From Promethearchaeota archaeon (GTDB taxonomy: Archaea; Asgardarchaeota; Lokiarchaeia; Sigyniarchaeales; SOKP01): DNA of 64,000 nucleotides. Positions 58,089 to 64,000 of this stretch are shown here, piece after piece (position 1 is the first letter of the stretch; every line of letters begins with the position of its first letter). A program made the position numbers and the translations under genes. The stretch covers positions 1-64,000 of the forward strand of contig JBHLNS010000005.1 in the NCBI GenBank assembly GCA_048941285.1. The letters are read 5' to 3'. The notes beneath the pieces are model-generated. The model had not been told where the DNA came from. It made no database searches and saw only the letters and a program-made list of their open reading frames with translations.

Positions 58089-58577
58089 ATGGCTTCTTAT
58101 CGATTAGTTATTAGCATTATTGTAGGGGTTATATTAAGTTTTTTTACTGTATTTTTCTTTAATATGATGGTTATTTTAAATCAAATTGAATTAGAGGCTG
58201 GAAGTAATTTACTAAGAATAGCTTCTTTACTAGTTGGTGCAAATTTCGATTTTGATATGATTTCGTTTATTATTGGTTCGCCTTCAGTACTTGGTTTTTT
58301 TGCCCCAGAGATCTTAGCTTGGGTTTTTATTAGCTATATTTCTGGTACAATAGCAAAGGGTTTCAGAAGAGGTGTAATCGCCAGTATACTAGTTGTTGTA
58401 ATAGTTTTATTAATTTGGATTCTATTAAGCATATTTTCTGGAGAGGATTTAATGGCGTTATTTCAAGGAAATCAATTAATTGAGACATTAGGGGGTATAA
58501 TTAGTGCATTTGTAGGGGGATTGATAGGTGGAACAATTGGTGGCCTAATAAGTGGCCCTTATGAGGAATTCTATTAA
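58089..58577 (+). CDS. Hypothetical membrane protein
   Basis: Four hydrophobic, Gly-rich helices. Confidence 0.65.
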   Translation: MASYRLVISIIVGVILSFFTVFFFNMMVILNQIELEAGSNLLRIASLLVGANFDFDMISFIIGSPSVLGFFAPEILAWVFISYISGTIAKGFRRGVIASILVVVIVLLIWILLSIFSGEDLMALFQGNQLIETLGGIISAFVGGLIGGTIGGLISGPYEEFY

Positions 58578-58709
58578 TATACTTCCTTCTTTTCTTTTCA
58601 ATTTATATTTTTTTAGCCTTAATTATTGTAGAGCTCTCGATAAGATTTGCTTTACAATAATTATACTAATATCTAAAACTTAAAGTTAATTGGTTAATTA
58701 TAAAAACTA

Positions 58710-59246
58710 ATGGCTAATAAAGAAGAATTTTTACCCGATCGAGAGTTTGCATTAGATCTATTAAAGAAAATGAAAATTCCGCTTTCGATTAGACGGCATT
58801 CAGAAAAAGTTGCTGAAAAAGCTCTAGAGATAGCACATAAAATAAAAAAAGCTAAAGTAGATATGAATTTAATTGAAATCGGTGCTTTATTGCATGATAT
58901 TGGACGAACTAGAACACATGATTTTAAACATGCATTAATAGGAGGTAAAATCTTAAAACAAAGAGGTTTTTCAGATAAGCTTGCTAGAATATGTGAAACC
59001 CATATATTGGGTGGTTTAGATAATGAAGATGCAAAAAAAGTTGGTCTACCTGAAAAGGATTATTTGCCATTAACTTTAGAAGAAAAAATTATTTGTCTAG
59101 CAGATAAATGTATGGCTGGTACAAGAGAAGTTTCAATTCAAGAAAGATTTAATAGATGGTTTCGTAAATATGGTAAGAGTAAAATCTTATTAAAATCTAA
59201 GATAAGAATTGAAAGAATTCAAAAAGAAATCGAAGACTTAATGTAA
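58710..59246 (+). CDS. HD domain phosphohydrolase (HDIG/TIGR00295-like)
   Basis: HS..VA, LLHDIGR, HA..G, HI.GG and P.TLEEKII..AD motifs. Confidence 0.88.
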   Translation: MANKEEFLPDREFALDLLKKMKIPLSIRRHSEKVAEKALEIAHKIKKAKVDMNLIEIGALLHDIGRTRTHDFKHALIGGKILKQRGFSDKLARICETHILGGLDNEDAKKVGLPEKDYLPLTLEEKIICLADKCMAGTREVSIQERFNRWFRKYGKSKILLKSKIRIERIQKEIEDLM

Positions 59247-59274
59247 AATCTAAGATTAATATATCCTTGATTAA

Positions 59275-60564
59275 TTAACTAATCTCACAAATTAGTTCTT
59301 GATTTTTACATAATATTTCATAATCCGTATCCAAGGAAACTACGACCCTGTAAATTATTAAACAAGCTTCTAAAAGTACTTGAGGATCAACTTTATCAGG
59401 TTTATCAATCTTATTATGTGAAAATTTAGCTCCTGCTCTTGTTACAATATCAACAGAATCATAACCCCTTAAATGAAATGGAACAGAGTCAGTATGAGCT
59501 CCCGTTGATAAATGAAATCCTTTGATTTTCACATTTTCTTCAATTGCAGCCTTTTCTAAGTATTTACTAAGGAGTGGAGCAATTTTTTTCCGAGGTAGAA
59601 TCCCATATGATTTTAGATATTCTACCTGATTTCTAGATTGATTTTTACAGGAAATCATATCTAAATTAATTTGAAATACTCTACCCTTGATAAATTCTTG
59701 TTCATGATCATTTACAAAGAATCTAGAACCCATTGTTCCTAATTCTTCAGCTGAAAATTGACAGATCCAGACATTAAAGTTATCAAGCGGCTTTTTTCTT
59801 AAGATTTCACTTAATTCAAAAACTATGGACATACCAGAAGCATTATCTAACGCTCCCGGAGAAAAATTATGAGTATTTAAAAATATTAGAAATAAATTTG
59901 AAATTGATATTATTATAGTAAAAATCCATATACCAAGCCCTAATATCAAGAGATCGATGTTTATTATAGTATAAGTATGAATAAATAGAGTAATCAAAAG
60001 CCCTGCTAAAAAAACTCCACTATATAGCCACATTTTATAAAAGAACACTCTCCAATAAGTTTTAAAAGTTTGTGATTTAGAATCTAAATGTGCTGAAATT
60101 ATAATATTTCCTGCATTATCAGTCTTTAGTTTCTTTGCGGGTATCTTAACACAGACATTGGTAGCTGAAATAACCTTTCCATAATATTCTCCCCAAAAAC
60201 CAGGAATTTCAGGATGTTTTAGCCCCTTAACTAATAAAAAAATGAAGATAAGCATTATTATACCTATAAAGATCGTAAGAAATAAATTTATATACACAAA
60301 CATCAAGATAAATAAGGAAAAAGTTAAGTTAATGACCATTATTAACTTTATAAGAGTGGTAGAATAAAAATCAGAAAATTTAAAAGGTTGTTTTACAATT
60401 TGTTGCTCATTGAAACCAAGATCTTTAAACGTTTTTATAGTTAAATCAACAGCTTTTTCTTCTCCACTTGTCCCAACTAGGCGAGGAAAGCTAAAATTTT
60501 TGACATAATTATACAGTCTATCAACATTAAAAGAGTGATCTTGTGGGGAAATTTCAGTTCTCAA
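59275..60564 (-). CDS. M28 family peptidase with membrane-inserted hairpins
   Basis: FPRL.GT, AHLDSK.Q, GALDNASG, AEE.G..GS, TD and H...D motifs. Confidence 0.85.
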   Translation of the reverse strand: MRTEISPQDHSFNVDRLYNYVKNFSFPRLVGTSGEEKAVDLTIKTFKDLGFNEQQIVKQPFKFSDFYSTTLIKLIMVINLTFSLFILMFVYINLFLTIFIGIIMLIFIFLLVKGLKHPEIPGFWGEYYGKVISATNVCVKIPAKKLKTDNAGNIIISAHLDSKSQTFKTYWRVFFYKMWLYSGVFLAGLLITLFIHTYTIINIDLLILGLGIWIFTIIISISNLFLIFLNTHNFSPGALDNASGMSIVFELSEILRKKPLDNFNVWICQFSAEELGTMGSRFFVNDHEQEFIKGRVFQINLDMISCKNQSRNQVEYLKSYGILPRKKIAPLLSKYLEKAAIEENVKIKGFHLSTGAHTDSVPFHLRGYDSVDIVTRAGAKFSHNKIDKPDKVDPQVLLEACLIIYRVVVSLDTDYEILCKNQELICEIS

Positions 60565-60661
60565 TGTTGTAATAAAAAATATATGATTTCTGTTTAAATT
60601 TACTATATTTCAGTTATAGAATTAGTAATATAATGTTTTAAGATTTAAATCTATAATTAAC

Positions 60662-61261
60662 CTATTTTTTTAATTTGGACATAATAATTTCTTGAATTCT
60701 CTCTTGAACAATTTCAATAATATCATCAGAGTTAATTATATAATAACCTTCTTCTTCAGCACGTTTAAGATAAAGATTCCTTACTTTATCTAAGAATGTA
60801 ATATGCTCAAATTTTTCTAAATTTTCATTCTTTTTTCTAGCCAGCGCGATTTTTGGGTCAATGTCTAATATAATTGTTATATCAGGCAATTCTACAAACT
60901 TATTTATTTCTTTAACCCATTCAACTGAAATATCCTCTGATTGGGCTGATTGATATACTATTGAAGATTCTATGTATCTATCAGAAATAACTATAAAACC
61001 TTCCTCAAGTTTTTTTTTAATTTCATTGTTATAATGGAGGTTTCTATCAGCAGCGAATAATAAAGCATCTGTACTAGGTGGAATATCTTTATTTTTTAAA
61101 AACTCTCTTATGAGTTTTCCAATTTTGCTTTGTGAAGGTTCTTGAGTTAAATAGACTTTGAAACTTTTGCTTTCTAGAAAATCTTTAAGAAGAAGGCTAT
61201 GAGTTGTTGTCCCTGCCGCATCTCCGCCTTCCAAAACAATAAAAAAAGGTTTTTGCATCAA
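60662..61261 (-). CDS. tmk: Thymidylate kinase
   Basis: FIVLEG.D.AG.TT, T.EP, LLFAADR..H, SDRY..SS..YQ and PD...LD motifs. Confidence 0.92.
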   Translation of the reverse strand: MMQKPFFIVLEGGDAAGTTTHSLLLKDFLESKSFKVYLTQEPSQSKIGKLIREFLKNKDIPPSTDALLFAADRNLHYNNEIKKKLEEGFIVISDRYIESSIVYQSAQSEDISVEWVKEINKFVELPDITIILDIDPKIALARKKNENLEKFEHITFLDKVRNLYLKRAEEEGYYIINSDDIIEIVQERIQEIIMSKLKK

Positions 61262-61470
61262 ATTAATCTTAAAATAAGATTTTTTATTAAAAAAATTACA
61301 ACTTAAATTTATTAATAATTATCAATAAGGACTTATTTTTTTTATTTTTAATTAGTTTAAGTTATTAAATTTTTAACAAAATAAAGTAAAATGCAATATA
61401 TTTATAAAAAATGATAAATACTTATCAGAAAATTTAAATTGACTAAATTATCTTATTTAAAATTAGAGGT

Positions 61471-61848
61471 ATGAAGAAAAAATTCTTTTACTGTGAGAAT
61501 TGCGAAAAGGAAATATTAAAGCCAAAGAGAAAGCCTATAGATAGTATGTATTATAACGTTTGGATTCTTACTATCATTTCTTCATTAGGTTTTGCATTAA
61601 TTCCTTTTTTGATTTACCATTATTTAATCTTAAAAAGGAATCTTTGTCCTATTTGTCAACATAGATTAGAATTTTATAATTCCCGAGAGGAATTTCCAGA
61701 ACCAAGAGCCCAAATAGCCCGAATCCTTCAATCAATTGAAGATGAGAAAGCTCGAGAAGAATTAAGAATAATTTGCCCTTATTGTCGAGAAGATGTAAAT
61801 ACCCAAGAATCTATATGCCCTAATTGTGGATCTACTATCAAAGAATAG
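61471..61848 (+). CDS. LITAF-like zinc ribbon membrane protein with a C-terminal zinc ribbon
   Basis: CENC - hydrophobic stretch - CPIC, then CPYC...CPNCG. Confidence 0.65.
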   Translation: MKKKFFYCENCEKEILKPKRKPIDSMYYNVWILTIISSLGFALIPFLIYHYLILKRNLCPICQHRLEFYNSREEFPEPRAQIARILQSIEDEKAREELRIICPYCREDVNTQESICPNCGSTIKE

Positions 61849-61908
61849 AAAGATATAATAATTAATTTTAATTATTAATAGAAATAAATTAAGCTGTAGG
61901 AAATTTAA

Positions 61909-62277
61909 ATGAATGATACTGCCTATTGCCCACGTTGTCAACAAAAAGTATTATTAACTCGTGAAAGGATTGACACTTGTCTAGCAATAATATTGTTAAT
62001 TTTTACAGGAGGAATTGGGTTGATAATATATCTCGCTCTTCACTATAATAAACCTAAACAACACTGTGTTCATTGTGGGACTAAAATAACTACATTACAA
62101 ACTTCAACGCCCTATGCTTATAATTCTCACCTTATGACACAAAATGCTTCAAATATTGCACCAATAAATACAACCGAAGAAGTAATGGGAATTATGCCTA
62201 ATTATTGCGCATTTTGTGGGGAAAAAATAGAAGCTGGTACAAAATTTTGTCAGAACTGTGGAATTAAGGTAATTTAA
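61909..62277 (+). CDS. LITAF-like zinc ribbon membrane protein with a C-terminal zinc ribbon
   Basis: CPRC - LAIILLIFTGGIGLIIY - HCVHC, then CAFC...FCQNCG. Confidence 0.7.
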   Translation: MNDTAYCPRCQQKVLLTRERIDTCLAIILLIFTGGIGLIIYLALHYNKPKQHCVHCGTKITTLQTSTPYAYNSHLMTQNASNIAPINTTEEVMGIMPNYCAFCGEKIEAGTKFCQNCGIKVI

Positions 62278-62399
62278 TTGCAAACTTTTTTTTTTCAATT
62301 TACCGAAATAGCACTAAAATTCATCGATTTTAAAAATCGGACTCCACATTTTTTTAATTCATGTAAAATCTTCTTATATTTAAATAAAAATTAAATAAT

Positions 62400-62783
62400 T
62401 TGGAGTGTAATAAAATGTATTGTCCTACATGTAATATGAATGTGTATACGAAACCTAACGATTTCAATATTGGTTTAGCAATTATTCTAGCTATTTTCAC
62501 TGGTGGTATCGGATTATTAATTTATGTTGCTATTTATTTAGATAAATCACAAAAACCACGTTGCATTCACTGTAATTCAATTTGTTATAGTCAGAAGGAA
62601 GATAAGGAATCTATTTCAAAATATCAAATAATTGATGCTATAAATCAACCACAGAGTAAAGAAATTAGTAGAAAACAACAACAGATTGAAGAAAAGCCAC
62701 TATTTTGTTTTAATTGTGGATCTGAATTAGATAATAGTGCAAATGCTAAATTTTGCGCACTTTGTGGAACTTCAATTCAATAA
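62400..62783 (+). CDS. LITAF-like zinc ribbon membrane protein with a C-terminal zinc ribbon
   Basis: CPTC - LAIILAIFTGGIGLLIY - CIHC, then CFNC...FCALCG. The true start may be ATG 62415. Confidence 0.7.
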   Translation: MECNKMYCPTCNMNVYTKPNDFNIGLAIILAIFTGGIGLLIYVAIYLDKSQKPRCIHCNSICYSQKEDKESISKYQIIDAINQPQSKEISRKQQQIEEKPLFCFNCGSELDNSANAKFCALCGTSIQ

Positions 62784-62814
62784 TATATTAATTGCTTTTA
62801 TTTTTTTTAAAAAA

Positions 62815-63690
62815 CTAATATTTTTTCTTACTTAGAAATTCGATAATTTTGTTCTTCATTAAATTCACATTTGGTTTTTTATTAGTCCACCACTCAAATG
62901 CATAAGCACCTTGATTAACTAGCATATCTAGTCCACCTAATGTTTTACATCCTTTTTTAGTGGCATCTTTAATTAATTTAGTCTCTAGTGGGTTATAGAC
63001 TACATCAAAAACGAATAAGTCTTCGTGCAAAAATTCTCCAGGTATTGGTGATTTATCAATATTGGGAAACATACCTATAGGAGTTGTATTGATTAACATA
63101 TCAGCTTTCTTTGATTCTTCTTTTAAGATGTTTTTACTAAATATCTTCGGCTCAGCTTTTATTCCAAAGCTTTGTTTCAAATCATTTATAAGCTTTTCTG
63201 CTTTTTTTTCAGTTCTACTTGCTAGTACAATTTTACTTGCATCATTAGCGATGCTGTAACTTAATGCTCTTGCTGCGCCACCAGCTCCTAATAATAAGAC
63301 ATTCTTTCCAGAAATGTCATAACCTGCATTCATTATTGCTTTTTTCGCCCCTTCTGCATCTGTATTTCTACCAATTAAGCATCCATTATCATTTTTTATA
63401 GTATTTATTGCGCCGATTTTCTGTGCAACTTTGTCAATTTCATCTAAGTATTTCATAATTTCTTGCTTGAAAGGGATAGTTACATTGATTCCTTTAAAAT
63501 TTAATGCTCTAAATGCTTTTACTGCAACTTCCAAATTTTCAGGAATGATTTTGAATGCTAAATAAATAAAATTAAGCTTTAAGTCTTTGATAGCAGCATT
63601 GTGCATTATTGGACTTACAGAATGCCCAATAGGATAACCAATAATACATAAGATTTTTGTATGAGCGGTGACAAAATTGATATTATTCAT
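62815..63690 (-). CDS. aroE: Shikimate dehydrogenase
   Basis: G.PI.HS.SP.MHN, NVTIP.K, GA.NT, NTD, GAGGAARA, N.TP.GM, D.VY.P and ML..QG motifs. Confidence 0.95.
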   Translation of the reverse strand: MNNINFVTAHTKILCIIGYPIGHSVSPIMHNAAIKDLKLNFIYLAFKIIPENLEVAVKAFRALNFKGINVTIPFKQEIMKYLDEIDKVAQKIGAINTIKNDNGCLIGRNTDAEGAKKAIMNAGYDISGKNVLLLGAGGAARALSYSIANDASKIVLASRTEKKAEKLINDLKQSFGIKAEPKIFSKNILKEESKKADMLINTTPIGMFPNIDKSPIPGEFLHEDLFVFDVVYNPLETKLIKDATKKGCKTLGGLDMLVNQGAYAFEWWTNKKPNVNLMKNKIIEFLSKKKY

Positions 63691-63716
63691 TTTAGCAAAT
63701 AAGATTTTTATTTGTC

Positions 63717-63998
63717 TTAACCTATTATCTCATCATTAAAATGGCTCTCAAATTCTTTTGATCTTACCTTTGTAGCTTGTCTATACCTTTCAAAGCGATT
63801 TTCCCAATTTGCATCAATATTAAATGCCACTTTCGCAAATTCAAGTGATTTAATTGCTTTAGCTAATGCTTCTTGATCTTTTGGACGATATATTTTGATA
63901 GGATCTCCAAGAGCAATGTTATTCGGAGGAATAAAAGAATTTGCTGGAACAATTGTATTTGCATGGACAAATGCTCCGACTGCAACTGCAGCACCAGA
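63717..63998 (-). CDS. C-terminal part of a gamma-carbonic anhydrase-like (hexapeptide repeat) protein, truncated by the window edge
   Basis: Translates SGAAVAVGAFVHANTIVPANSFIPPNNIALGDPIKI... to the TAA at 63717. Confidence 0.7.
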   Translation of the reverse strand, partial: SGAAVAVGAFVHANTIVPANSFIPPNNIALGDPIKIYRPKDQEALAKAIKSLEFAKVAFNIDANWENRFERYRQATKVRSKEFESHFNDEIIG

Positions 63999-64000
63999 TT

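Noticed and set aside
2032-63259. Many 60-105 aa ORFs antisense to or nested in long genes (e.g. 2032-2265, 14603-14917, 33375-33668, 45107-45394, 57606-57872)
   Set aside because: They are shadow ORFs of well-supported genes and have no recognisable motifs.

Overview
AT-rich, densely coding archaeal chromosomal segment. Gene content points to an Asgard archaeon of the Lokiarchaeia type (inference): archaeal-type uS2, ether-lipid enzymes, methanopterin/F420 genes, many bacterial-like catabolic genes, RING- and LITAF-like zinc proteins, poly-T terminators and frequent TTG starts. Left to right: (1) a pterin/F420 cofactor region (mptA, amidohydrolase-arfC-cofG-cofH, DHPS-like, DUF1464, DUF447, mptD, mptG, AIR-synthase-like), interrupted by a reverse rubrerythrin, a sulfatase and an operon of glycyl radical enzyme, activase and split-barrel protein; (2) a CPBP-PadR-HAAS envelope signalling module with palindromic operators; (3) two orphan N6-adenine methyltransferases; (4) an ether-lipid operon headed by a polyprenol kinase; (5) anSME, two Gfo/Idh/MocA paralogs, TauE, a QueG/RdhA-like protein, IlvD and an IolD/ALS-like enzyme; (6) a TIGR03916/DUF4130 radical-SAM DNA-repair pair in which both proteins end in PIP-box-like motifs; (7) a beta-helix surface protein with a membrane-tethered HTH regulator, a nuclease pseudogene, cooC, rps2, tmk, three tandem LITAF-like zinc-ribbon membrane proteins and aroE. 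Several genes appear to need ATT start codons. I saw no rRNA, tRNA, CRISPR array or transposase. All family calls come from motif recognition by eye, not from database searches.
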